The translations under genes and the position numbers were made by a program. This document shows, piece after piece, positions 1 through 12,170 of a stretch of DNA of 36,511 nt. Source of the stretch: Paraglomus brasilianum (lineage: Eukaryota). Location: assembly GCA_910592345.1 (NCBI GenBank), contig CAJVPI010000292.1:1-36511 (forward strand), read 5' to 3'. The notes beneath the pieces are model-generated. The model was not told the origin of the DNA, did no database searches, and saw nothing but the letters and a program-made list of their open reading frames with translations. Every line of letters begins with the position of its first letter. The stretch's first letter is position 1.

Positions 1-78
1 AATTCGGGTGATCGACATGCTGATCGCTACTATCAACAACATTTGGAACCCCTGTATGGGGACATGTCCCATGACTAG
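1..78 (+). CDS. Possible 3' end of a gene entering the window (…HADRYYQQHLEPLYGDMSHD*)
   Basis: Frame 1 is open from base 1 to TAG at 76-78. No family recognised, and it could be chance. Confidence 0.2.
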   Translation, partial: NSGDRHADRYYQQHLEPLYGDMSHD

Positions 79-871
79 TATTAGAGAATAAAATCTGATC
101 AGCCAATGAAAGGTCATTGTTTCAGCTTCAGCCGAATTTCAGCATCAGCTGTGACAATAACTAGTGACAATGTTATATAGATCCCAGATCGGAGGAGAGA
201 GCTTTTATCAGAATTCGGGCTGTATTTTGACCAACCAAGGTGTCACTAGTTTTTTAGATATCAATTTCTGAGCCATGGTGGATTCGTATTTTGACTGCAC
301 ATATTAATATTACAATCACACTCCAGGTTGAGCTATAAGAATAATTCTCATCACATATCTTTCTACCGATCAAACACTAAAGGATTTACTGGTTATCTGC
401 AGACTATGTGAATTCTTCCAACCATTGAAGGGTTAATGTGCTTAGATAAAACAAATCAGATATCTGTCCCGAATTGAAAACATAACAACTGCCAGCCAAT
501 AAATTAGCATAATGCGAGTTACACACAGTTATGCCAAAGAACGTCTCGTAAGGTAAAGGTGGTTGCCATAATAATAACCGCTGGCTTGTCTATGTTATTT
601 TGCTTGCCGTATTTCGTAAAAAAAGTCATAACTGATTTTTGTGTGACTTTTGAAAGAGTTTAACTGTATTATAATTATAGTTTATGATGGAATCCCTAAT
701 GTATAGCATGAACCAATACAGTGTTCTACAGTGTTCAGATATCGGAAGCTGTTAAATTTCTTTACGATTTTTATTATTGCTATGGGAATAAGACAGAGTA
801 CAGGTTGCACAACACCGAAAATAATAATAATGGGGGCGCACTCAGAATCAATGCTTTCACTGCTGTTCAAA

Positions 872-2243
872 ATGGCTGCCGTACATAAGCCTTTTGTTTT
901 CCCCGTGACAGGAAATACTCTAATAAGAATGTGCCAGGATGCCTACGAAGAGGGTCACAAGTCCCTTACAGTAGTTTTACGACCAAGAATAACCATAGTT
1001 GTCGGTGACGTGGACACAACGTGTAAAAAGCCCCGAGCAGCCGTGGAGGAGAATGTTACTTACGATAGGAGTGTCAGACACACTAACCCTGACAAAGCAG
1101 TTTCTCGACGCGCTGGCTCACACAGAATGTATGAAGATAGACGCATTGGCTCCGACGATGAAATTGGTTGGGGTAATGTTTTTAATATTAGGAACATCAA
1201 CGATAAGTTAAATGAAGTTACGGAAGTTACAAACGACAAAGAAAAGATCCAGGCACCCTTGGCTGCTTTGTCGGAAAGATCAAGCGATACTTCTGAGGTA
1301 GACAGTGATGACGATTCTGGTTTCGTATATAAACCATCCGATGAAAGAATAAGGGCTTATGGTATGCGCGTCATATTTTATATCGAATATTGGACCCGGA
1401 TCCCATGTTCACTAATCTCATCTTTGGTATTTATTATAAGCATCAAGTTCAAAACAGGCAGCATCGTTCGAATCGGCAGGATCTGTGACGACAGGAGAAA
1501 CAACACGAAAGCCATCATCAGTTTCACCGTCACGATCCTCTTCCTTCTCACAACCACAATCGCAACAATCGGCTTTCCAATCTTGGCAATCATTCCAATC
1601 ATCGACATCATCCATATACGATGATCCTGACGATGTGCCAGTACAACAAGTATCGGACTTATCAATATCCAGCTTTATCAAACCCAGGGAGAAAGAAGAG
1701 CTGGAGCAGCTCGCACTGTTTAGCGTCAGAAATCCTTCAAAGGAACATCGATACCGTTTCCGGACCACACCAACATTCTCGCAAATGAAGGTGACATTAG
1801 TATTAGATTACAAACGACTTGAGGAGCTCAAGTTAGGTGGTGGGAACAGATGGTATTTCGGTAACATGCCTACAGTAAGTCAGAAACAACAAATGTCTCA
1901 AAATCTCAAGTGTGCATATCGCTTTGCAAATGGTTATCAATATTTCATAGACAACCGCTTGCTGAACGAAAACGAAATAATAACACTTGTTCAAGCAAAT
2001 CAGAGAAGATTCATGCCAAAGATACAACTTGCTATACAAGTATATGACCTATTTACAGAGCTGGGAGACAAAGCCTTTGATCGCGCCAGTTCTATGGATT
2101 TGACTTTTCTGGGAAGATATAGCCTTAATCAACACAGAATGATTTTAGATTACGTTAAGCAATATAAGGTGGAGGAGCGATATAAGGTGGATGAAACTGA
2201 TGGTATTTGGGTCTCGGAGTCGGACAGTTCTGGGTTGTGGTGA
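872..2243 (+). CDS. Two-exon hypothetical protein with a Ser-rich middle and a helical C-terminal domain
   Basis: ORFs 731-1624 and 1485-2243 join in frame through intron 1362-1440 (GTATGC donor, ACTAAT branch at 1411, AAG acceptor), giving ...RAY-ASSSKQ... ATG 872 has the best context; in-frame ATGs also lie at 782, 830 and 851. Confidence 0.7.
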
Positions 2244-2554
2244 TATGATTGGCTGATTATAGAAAATAATTGTGAATGAAATGGGCACAACTCTAAGCGA
2301 TTTATTTGGTTTATTAAAAATTTCGAATAAAAAAAGATGAACCGTATCATATGTAATTTATATGCGGCCGTTGCTTTTAACGGTGAAAAATAGTGGGTTT
2401 ACCCAATGCTTTTTGCGGCTCAATGTCAAGAATAGCAATATTACTCGTCACAACGGGTGATCCTCTTTATTACATAATAAATATAACAAACTATGGAAAT
2501 GACGCTATACCAAATTTTGATTATGTCGTAAATATGATCGGGACGCGATACGAA

Positions 2555-3280
2555 TCAGTTGGCCGAGTATTCCAAGATCAAGTGGACTTCTCCTTTACTT
2601 CTCAGCCCGAGTAAAGCTGGCAATTTGACCCATTCATCTACATAACCCTTCTTGTATACTTCTTTCAAATCAACTTTAGCCTCACCGAGCTATTATAATC
2701 AAGATATGTAAATTATGAGCTATCTTGCTGTTTTAATCTACAACCAAGCAACTCTAATCATATACCTTGTCATCCTCGCCAAAATCTTCGTCGAGAACTT
2801 TGATATAGAGATGATGCTCATGGGTATCGATGTTGAATTTGAAGTCTTCATTCCAAGTAGGGTTTAACGTATTCTTCTTGGTGGCCGTTCTTTGTTTGTA
2901 GTCCTTTGAAATCCAAAGCTCAACATATGGGTCGCCTTATAAAACAGATATATTTCAGTAGGTGGGATATTGATTCGATTAACAACAACAACAAACAATC
3001 TTTACTTTTTCCTATTTGAAAAAAAAAAAAAATAGGAACATTAAAGTGTTAATAAATATTAGCGTTGAGGAAATCGAAGAGCAATATGATTGACAATCAA
3101 ACTAGTATGACTTACCAATTAAGTCCTCATCCTTCAAGTTTTTTGCCTCAACTTTGAAAATCCGAAAACGACAATAATTGATAGTTAGGATAAACTCGTA
3201 TTGCTGACGCGTTAACATCATTCCATCTCGCGTTCTAACTAATACCTACCAACGATAACTTTGAGTTCGCCCTTTGTCAT
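2555..3280 (-). CDS. Small single C2-domain protein (paralog A), 5 exons
   Basis: Spliced translation MTKGELKVIVVEAKNLKDEDLIGKSDPYVELWI...KNTLNPTWNEDFKF...KVLDEDFGEDDKLGEAKVDL...SKGEVHLILEYSAN* shows canonical C2 motifs. Includes a 6-nt exon at 3006-3011. Confidence 0.9.
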
Positions 3281-4149
3281 GTTTACTGTAAATTGGTCAA
3301 ATTAAAGTCCAATCTCGCACGATTGGCCTCTCGACCATAACTCTTTATATGCTGTGGGCATGAGAATTTAGATTATCAAACATTGCATCATCGACTGAAA
3401 TACGTAACACAATACTGGGCAACCTTGTGTAACTGGTTCACGAGGCGTTAGATAAACTTGGATAAGTCCTTTTTCGACTGCAAATAATTGGAATCAGATA
3501 TTTAACCATGTTACACGAGTTACGCAAATGACGATTAATAAAGTTCTTAAAAAGTAAGTACAATTACACGGATCACATATCGGAAGCATAACAGCCGAGA
3601 GAATAATATTACTCTTCTAAGTAATGATTTGAATAATTTGACGCCAAGAAATACCGCATGAACACTCTTTATTGGTCTACAAACGATCATGGACCTGATT
3701 ACAATTTCCTTTTGCAGTACTAGTTGGTGTACAGGAAATTGCACAGCCACACCGATATGTTCACGTGGACGTTAAAGGAACTTCCATCAACACTGTATGT
3801 AACACATAATCCGCTATCATCAACCATCTTTAGACCATCCCAGTTTTCCAAATTCATCCAAATCCCACTGCCAAAGTGTTCACTTCATACTTTGCGTCCC
3901 GCACTCGAAGACATTTTGTCCAACAAGGAACTGTTCTTTTTACTCTGTTTCACAGTATCATCTCATTTAAGCCACATTTTTCGGCTATGATAATCAGGCT
4001 TATCTTTTATTCTCACGATTTGATTGGAGGACAAGGTTGGTTTGTATATTTGTAGGGGGAAGAAGCGGAGCGGTCGGTTTACAATATATATATATTTATA
4101 GTAGCTTAACTTTTGCTTTTTCACCTGATATCCAGACAGATAAACGACA

Positions 4150-4886
4150 ATGGGACAACTCGAAGTTTACGTTGGTTAGTAGAAATATCTGTTCTTATTG
4201 CGAATTGGTTATTACGAGATAGTAACTGGAATCGAATTCTTGCGCGCTAAATTATTAGTTGAAGGAAAAAACATCAGAGACACCGATATTGCTGGTAATT
4301 CCATCGTTCCTCAATAAGGGGGTCCTCTCATTTCATAAGTTTTGCTCAGTTTGATATCCTAAATTTGTTTTATTTCCCATCTTACAAACTCAACAATACC
4401 AATTGACAGGCCAAGGTAAGCAACCCGCTCACTTAATGCAATTGGCAAAGGTTAAATAACTTGACGTATTATGCGAATTTCGTTTCCGTCCTTTCAAATT
4501 TGCTGACTTTGCCGTTATCTAGCCGATCCATATGTGGAACTCTGGTTTGAACAAAATAAGAAAAAGAGAACTGAAGCTAGAAACAATACTCTGACGCCAG
4601 TTTGGGATACTCGATTCAGATTGTATGTTTACATCATTTCATCAAGTTTCCCAAGCCGTACAATAACACAATCTATTTTCTCAGCCCTGTCAACCCTAGC
4701 TCGGACAAAATACTCCATTTACGCCTCTCGGATGACGACGTAGGTACAGATGAAGTAATCGGCCAAGTTGACTTGGATATCAGTAATATCTATAAAGATC
4801 TTTATGAAGAAAAATGGATTCACCTGCCCGCAAAAAATGAGACGAGCGATGGGGAAATTCGTTTGGTGCTCGAGTATTTCCCCTAG
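4150..4886 (+). CDS. Small single C2-domain protein (paralog B), 5 exons
   Basis: Exons 4150-4174, 4259-4294, 4410-4415, 4523-4622 and 4685-4886 give MGQLEVYVVEGKNIRDTDIAGQADPYVELWF...NNTLTPVWDTRFRF...DDDVGTDEVIGQVDLD...GEIRLVLEYFP*. Confidence 0.9.
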
Positions 4887-6060
4887 TTAAAGGGCAAATA
4901 AACAAGGAAATAATATTTTTGTATATCATATAGCTGTTTTGTTGAAATAAATGAAGATGACGCGCATGAAGCGGTTTCAGAGGACATGAAAATTCGATAT
5001 ATTTGAAGTCTCTACATTTTGTTCAGATAACCCACACCTCAATTGCCATGCGCCATATTGTGCTCAGGGTGATGCCGTCCCTCCAAAGAAAAAAAAGATG
5101 GTTAATAGGTAAAGAAAATATACACGTTGAAAACTGGCCCACCTCTTTCCGTGAACGACGTTCTTTCCAACGCGATCATCACCAAGAGATTATTTCAAGG
5201 AAAGATATAATTTGATTTTGTGCAATTAAGAGCTAAGCGGATGCAACAGTAATTTGAACAATCGCCCGCTTCCACTCTGGACGCTTTCCGCGCAGGATAG
5301 TATTAGGTATACTATGCAACGCTTTAACAATATCATAGTCTACTCGGAAAAGCGTGAGGGTCCGGTGCTTGGTACTCCCTCACAAATTAATCGACATCTT
5401 CGGTTTTTTTAAGTTATTAATCATCTTTCAGCCCGAAGTCTTAGTCTCACTATAGATACGCGTTTGTTTGATGCATAGTTTACGCGAATTGTATACAAAG
5501 ACAACATGCGTTGTGCTAGTTAGTTAGACGAGTATATAATTAACGAGTGCACTCATAATTAACAGGAACGTATATTAAACGACTAAGGATAATTATAAGA
5601 ATATTGTATTATAATAGGGTTATTCGTATCTAACAAATCCGCTAGCTATGGAAGTCAATATAATAACAATGGGCTTGTTTATTACCAGAATCAAATTATG
5701 ATAATGAGAGAAGTTGAGTAATATCTATTGTGTTTTACAATAAATATCGTTGCATTATTAATTAACCGAATTTATAATATGGCCAGGATGACAGCCCAAA
5801 TTTGACAGAGTCAATTTATCGATCGCTTATGTTAATTAAGGCGATAAACATTTAATTATCTATTAGTAATAGATTTTACCTTTTGACATTATATACAATG
5901 TATGCGTTCTTGTCACAATTGTTATTTAAGCGATTGCTCTTTGTTGGTGACCTCCTCACGTGTTGATCACACTAACGTCCTATAATATGTCGATAATAAT
6001 AATGTTACACTATTGCTGTTCAATAAAAAGAACTTCGCTGCTTTCATATTCTCATCAATA

Positions 6061-6979
6061 ATGCGCAGAGTTTTATATATTATCGCAATTGTTCTCATTA
6101 CATGTACATTTGTAGCTACCAAGGAACCTCCCACAAAGCTTCAAATTGGTACGTGATGGAATGGGGTGTAAGGATGATATGTCTCTAATACATCACATTA
6201 TTATTAGGTATCAAGAATAGAGTGCCGGAAGGCCAATGCAGCAAAAAAGCCTCAGATGGGTAAGCGTACACGCTGAGATCAGTGATCGTGAGTAAAACAT
6301 TTTATGGTATTAGATACTAATTGGGGTTAACGTTTGAAAGAGATCAAGTATCAGTACATTATAGAGGAACTCTCTTTGAGGACGGTACAGAATTTGATTC
6401 TAGTCACAAACGAAACGAACCTCTCAAATTCACACTTGGTATGTGGGACTAAGTAATTTATAAGAAATAAAACCCGATTATATAAATAGTCTGTAGTGAA
6501 TACTAAAACAAGTCTTTATGTTTTACAATAGGTGTCGGTCAAGTGATCAAAGGTATGTTATTCATTTTATAAATGGAAGAATTTCATAGCCTTGAACCGC
6601 TCGGGTTGTTAAATGATGTCTGCTTCATTAACTTGTCTACTTTTTTCTTTTAGGGTGGGATCGAGGAATCCGTGGGTAAGTAATCGCTATGTTATCTACG
6701 CGTTATTGTAACTGGATACGTAATAACGTACCGCATTTCTATATAGCATGTGCGTTGGAGAAAAAAGAAAACTCATCATTCCAGCCGACTTAGCATATGG
6801 TGATCGCGGAGCTCCTCCTTCCATTCCTGGTAACACGATCCTTATAACTTTTATTGATATGTGTTGATATGCTGTTATTTGTTTATTAATATTAGTATCT
6901 TGTGAATTTAATAGCAAACGCGGCTTTGGTATTTGACGTTGAATTGGTTGCCATAGGACCAAACAGGGCAGAACTGTAA
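6061..6979 (+). CDS. FPR2: ER-luminal FKBP-type peptidyl-prolyl isomerase (FKBP2/Fpr2), 7 exons
   Basis: Signal peptide [19 protein letters not shown]; motifs [64 protein letters not shown]-terminal RAEL (KDEL-like). Confidence 0.95.
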
Positions 6980-7243
6980 GGGATCGTCAAAGGTTGGAAT
7001 CCAGTTCTTTTTGTAACGTACGAGTCAAACGAGCAATGTGATAAAATAATGCCAAGTGCATCTATGTGCCAACGACTTGGGAACGAATTTTGAAAAAATA
7101 TTGTCTACTTGAGTAGTCAGATTAAATACTTATGCAACAATAAAACCTCGATGTTTTCGTTTGCTAATCACCACGGTTCGTAATCATCTTTTTTGAAGCA
7201 GAAACTTTTATTATAAACCCTTTTATAAATAGTTTCGGATGAC

Positions 7244-7785
7244 TTAATCAACGACCGGCGGGAAATCGACTGGTGGTTGCCTAATTTCACACAAATCAAT
7301 TGAACCACTCTTCTGATCTTATCCGACATTACAACAATACTTAACTCCCTCAGTTCCCAGATATCCAGACAATTAGGTCCATCTTTCAACTTTTCCTCTT
7401 TTTGTTCTGCGCGCTCTTTGAATGCCTTCTGCCATAATTAACAAAAACGGGATTTTGAATTTTCAAGTATAACGGGAATAATTAGAGTATCTTAATGGAT
7501 ATACCTTCTTCTCTTCAGAATTCATGAATTTCGTTCGCCAACAAAATCTGAGATTGTCTCGATATCGCTTACAGTCTTTGCGCGTACCATAACGATAGTA
7601 GTTTGTTGCTTGGCCTCCGATGCCTATTACCAAAGGGAATATACTTTATTCGGTGGATGATATTTTGCTGATAGCAGTAGAACATTTTATGATTGCTCAC
7701 TATAACAGTAGAACATCGTATCGAATTCTTGTCTTAAGCTACATGTCGGCTCATCCTGATCGTTTATGACTCCCTGTTCGGTCAT
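7244..7785 (-). CDS. EMI1: Emi1/DUF3128-family Cys-containing small protein, 4 exons
   Basis: MTEQGVINDQDEPTCSLRQEFDTMFYCYSIGGQATNYYRYGTRKDCKRYRDNLRFCWRTK...GPNCLDIWELREQPPVDFPPVVD*. The GGQxxNYYRYG and DIWELR motifs are characteristic of the family. Confidence 0.85.
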
Positions 7786-8486
7786 TTGGTAAGATTAAGA
7801 TTGTAGAATTATAAAAACAAAAATTTCAGGGGTGTAAATTTTCGAGAGCGTCACACAAAAGTGTCGCGATACCCCACTACTATAGTTCTCTGTTTTTATA
7901 AGATTGATCATTCTTTCATCCATGGAAGTCTAATGAACCGTTTCAGTATTACTTTGTTGACGGACTATCTAAAGGTAAGTCAGAAAGATTAATTGCATCG
8001 TTTGTCAGATAATTAATTTTATATTGTGACAATGTTGGTTTGGGAAAAAGCAACAGGATGAGCTACAATTGTGTGTGTATCTGCTTAAATAATAATCTTA
8101 TCGAGAGTAGCAAGCTATCGTTATAGCGCATCAATAAACATAGTAGGTATAGTGCTTCCGATAGCCTGTTTAAAGCGCCTTGTAAAGAAACTTAACCGAA
8201 TTCGTATATAAAGGAGCCATTCTCCCAGTTGTTGCTGACTGACACAAAGGTACCAAAAAGACTATTGACGAATTCAACAAAAAACGATTATATCTGAACA
8301 TTTAATAACACATAATTATACAATAGACTCCGTTATAAGTCAAGAGACGAAGTCATTTGGGTAATGGATCTTATTGATTATTTATTTACTTTACATTATT
8401 TATCATACATGCTGTCAGAATTTCTATTCAGGTGGTGTGGATATTCGGCCTGGAATGATATGACAGGTTCATTTATATTGCTTGCT

Positions 8487-9039
8487 TTATTGGTCTCCAG
8501 TTCTTGAGGGAGGTGATACCTACAATTTGCGGGAATATCAGTCGCATAGTTCTCTTACATTCATATCAAATAAACATTACTCGTACCAATATAATACCGT
8601 CTCCTCTCACAAAGAGCATCTCCATTTGCCTTTTTACGGTCTAAAAAAAATAGAAATAGCGTCAATAGCAGTGTAAAAACATGTCTGTTATCGATTCCCA
8701 TATAAAGTATTACCCTAACAGCTTCCTCGTACGTCTCCTCATCCATTTCAACCACTGTGATGGTTTCTTCAACGTCACCAAGAACCATGTTAAGATGACT
8801 GTCATATGCCTACAGCATAATACGAATACGTGAATTTAACCAAAGAATTGACGTGAGCATCTTCCATAATAAATCAACTCGGGAGACAAATACCGAAAAC
8901 ATACATGCAGTTTGCCTCGGAGTTCTCTATCACCACGCAACTTGACGTATATTCGTTCGTCAAGAGATAGACGAACAAGATCAAATGGTTCTTCTACGTC
9001 GTTACTTTCAACAGTTGGAGGCACTTGCTCGTCAGACAT
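8487..9039 (-). CDS. LSM3: U6 snRNA-associated Sm-like protein Lsm3, 4 exons
   Basis: [49 protein letters not shown]...[22 protein letters not shown]. Confidence 0.96.
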
Positions 9040-10706
9040 AGGGAGAGAGGAGAACGTTGTAGAGCAAGACTTGGGGACGTCCAATTTTTAAATCTCAAAA
9101 TTTTTGTGTTACTCGATCCCAATGTATGCAGATCACAATGTCAAAGATATCATGCGTTAAAAGGTGCAGGTACTGTGAGAGTTAGCCAAGTCTATTATAT
9201 CGTTCCTAGCTTGAAGGAAGTGAAAGATCCGGATGAGCTCCATAATCCTATTTCTACTGATTTGCCTTTTTAATCATCGTCCGATCCATTATCCATCTTA
9301 GATTCTCTCTTTTCATACCATCATTGATGGACGAAGTCGATTAGGCATAAGGCCAACATATTCGAGCGAAAACACAGACTGCATTGAACGTGAAAGTTAT
9401 TGAGTGTTGGGTCACCAACGCACAAGATTACAGCCGAGAATAGAAAAAAAATCCCGCTCGAAAAAGACTTTGGTGTAATTGTCAAGGTAAGTATTCGGGA
9501 ATTTGTCAGAACTTGGTGATGTGAAAAATATTAGCCGGATATTCAGGAAACTAATATACGTTGTTTTATTTTTCGTTCTCCTTCACAGAACTTTCCAAGG
9601 ACTAAGGCGAGCCTAACCGCCTGGATACGTTCATTGGGACTCCATTTCTATTCTGCAATTTTGGGCTCTGAATTAACGTCATACACGATAATCGGCGGAT
9701 CATTACCAAGTGGAGAATAAGAAGTTACGTTCAATGAATACATAATTCTGATGGTTACTCCTGCGGATTACATAAAGTTGGTCTGAATTAGTCACGGCTT
9801 AGTATGAAGCTTTTCTCGAAAATTATGCGATTTATCAACAATAAATTCATTATCAATTTTCTACATTAACTCGATTATTCACAAACTGTCGTATTATACA
9901 TCGATATTCTTTCTCTATTCGATATAGTTGATGCTCACTGTAAATAAAGCTTTTTAGGGACACTAATAAGAAAGTTAACTGTAGGTTCTACGTCTCCGCT
10001 TATTTCTACTCTTCGCCAACAACCACGCACGATAATAGAGGGTCGATTCACAGTCGGAGTTTTTTACTCTGCGGAGTTTATCGATGGCACGAATAGATTA
10101 GCATAATACTGCCCTAAACAAAGAAAGGAGACTGCTAACTTTAATCCGTTTTTAAGTGCAAGTTGAATTTAATTACAACAAGTCGCTATTTTTATATAAC
10201 ACATACATCTCATTATGCTGTCATATTACAAATAATACTAATATTATTTTTATAATATTTTTCAACTTTTTTTCTTTCTGTCTTTCGCTTTTTTCTTTCT
10301 TTTTCCTGCTATTGTTTCAACCATTACAAATACTACAACGTTAGTATTATTACTATATGAAGTTATAATATGGATTAGGTGGATACATTGCTTTTAAACC
10401 GGTGTGCCACGCAGAAAACTCACCATTCATCTCTAACCAGCTTTTGTTGTTCAAGAAATAATAAAGACTTTTTTAATGCATCTTCGCCTTTTTTTCATTG
10501 AAATTTTTATGTCTTCTGCATCGGAATTAGCAGTATCGTTTCTGTAATAATCCATCAAACATTTGAACGGCTGAAGTTTATTAAGAATCCGAATTAAAAG
10601 GAGTGAATTTGAATAAGCGTCAGAATTAACGTTAGAATAATTTTACCATATATAGTAATGATAGTCAATGACCGAATTAAAGTTGTCTTTTACAATACTT
10701 AATTTA

Positions 10707-10869
10707 TACAGTTGATTCGTGACAGCTGTCCGAACCGAATTATCGCAATATAATAAGTATTGGACGAATAAAAGGAAGGAATCTGATATGAAAAAAAGAG
10801 TCCGGTGTTAAACGTCCGGATGATCGGAAATCCGAATTAAAGGGGACGAATTAACGGCAGTTGACTGTA
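10707..10869. mobile_element. Degenerate TA-flanked DNA-transposon end (pogo/Tc1-like MITE relic)
   Basis: Right end ...GAATTAACGGCAGTTGACTGTA and left end TACAGTTGA match only at TACAGT. CCGAATTAA motifs recur nearby. Confidence 0.35.
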
Positions 10870-11039
10870 TTCTTTTTGTGTAACTCTCAGCCTCCAGCTT
10901 TATTATACATCCAGAAACGCTCGTTTTTTACACCTTTATACAAATGATAAAATTTTTTTTACTCCCACTATTATTATGTCTTCGGTTATCTAACTTTGCT
11001 CTGTAACTTCATTCTCAATAATGGGTTAAAAGCTTTTTC

Positions 11040-11200
11040 TTCTACTTATCTCGTACTAGTCGCGAAGTTTCTGACATGAGAAATTTTTTCCCATTCCTCA
11101 ATCATAAATTGCTTCAACTCATTTATATTCTTGGGCATTCTTTTTCAACATTATTTTTATAATAAACCACATGTTTCTATCGGATTAAGATCCGGGTTAC
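11040..11200 (-). pseudogene. Tc1/IS630-like DDE transposase C-terminal relic
   Basis: The minus strand reads PDLNPIE and, after frameshifts, NNVEK-MPKNINELKQFMIEEWEKIS, matching the SPDLNPIENLW...EEW block of Tc1 transposases. Confidence 0.7.
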
Positions 11201-11740
11201 TACCATTTTACGCGTAACAGAGTTGCGGGTAAGGTTGAATTCGCAGCGACTTTTAGTAAGAAACGTTCACACCAACAAATAGTTGGGTGGCATACATATC
11301 AAGTCGCTTAGTTACTGAAGGATTATTATATATCTTTTCTCTTTTTCTTAGTCCTCCGGTAATAAGATTGGCGTTGCGGGTAAACTTGGTGTGTCAATGA
11401 TGACAATAATAACGAAGCAAAAGAGTCCAAATATAGAGCGAGTTTTGTCAAAGTAATGGGGAAAGCAAGATTGTGTGTCGGGAAACTTTTGAAATTGAGA
11501 AGACACCTAAATAGTGTTGGTTATTTCATAACGCGATTATTTATGTCATTAAAGACAAGAAGATACCTGTTTGTTGAAAAGACGTCGAATACCTGAATAA
11601 GATAGTAAACGTCGATGCAATACAACTTTTTCCGAACTTCTTTATCGCATTATAAATTTACCCGGCGCGGTACATGTTAATAATGTACGTAGTGTGGAGG
11701 CGGAATGCTCGTGCAAACTCTTTTAATTGGTTATGTGATC

Positions 11741-12170
11741 AATAAACCGTGTCGCTGTTTGAGCGCTTGTTCGTGAGATATAGCAAACTGTCGAATGTGC
11801 GTAATATGTTGTAAAGAGATACATGTGCAATAGAGAGTAACGCCTGGACGTATATATATGGGTAGACGTGTGTTCGAACCCTTTAATCAACTATATAGTC
11901 GATAAACTGTGTCGTTTGTTGAGTGCTAAGGGTCTTGTTCGTGTTGTAGCGTACTTTTTGTGCTTTGGGAGAGAAGAAGTCGATACATGTGTAATGGAAA
12001 GAAGCGCTCTGGGCGTATATATATGAGTAGTCGTATATACGTAATGTGAAGTGGCGGCAAAGGCTTTGTTCGTTGTATATTTAAGTAATGTGTTTGGTTA
12101 GAGGTTGTTATGCAATAAAGAGAAGCGTTCTAGGTATATATGTAAATGAGTAGACGCGTGTTCGCGTGAT
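11741..12170. repeat. Degenerate tandem repeat, about 130-160 bp unit, about 2.5 copies
   Basis: ATAAACYGTGTCG...GAGYGC...CTTGTTCGTG recurs near 11742 and 11902. ATGYAAT..ARAG.A.CG..CT.G..TATATA..TGRGTAG.CG recurs near 11820, 11985 and 12110. Confidence 0.7.

Noticed and set aside
731..2243. Programmed frameshift between overlapping ORFs 731-1624 and 1485-2243
   Set aside because: Fully explained by the canonical intron 1362-1440.
3547..3990. Short ORFs between the C2 genes
   Set aside because: Non-ATG starts, no motifs, and interrupted frames. At most an unrecognisable relic.
9515..9560. Intronic box C/D snoRNA
   Set aside because: GTGATGT is an imperfect C box, and there is no CTGA D box within the intron.
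9694..9710. GCGGATCATTA resembling the 18S rRNA 3' end
   Set aside because: Only a short match with no flanking rRNA sequence.
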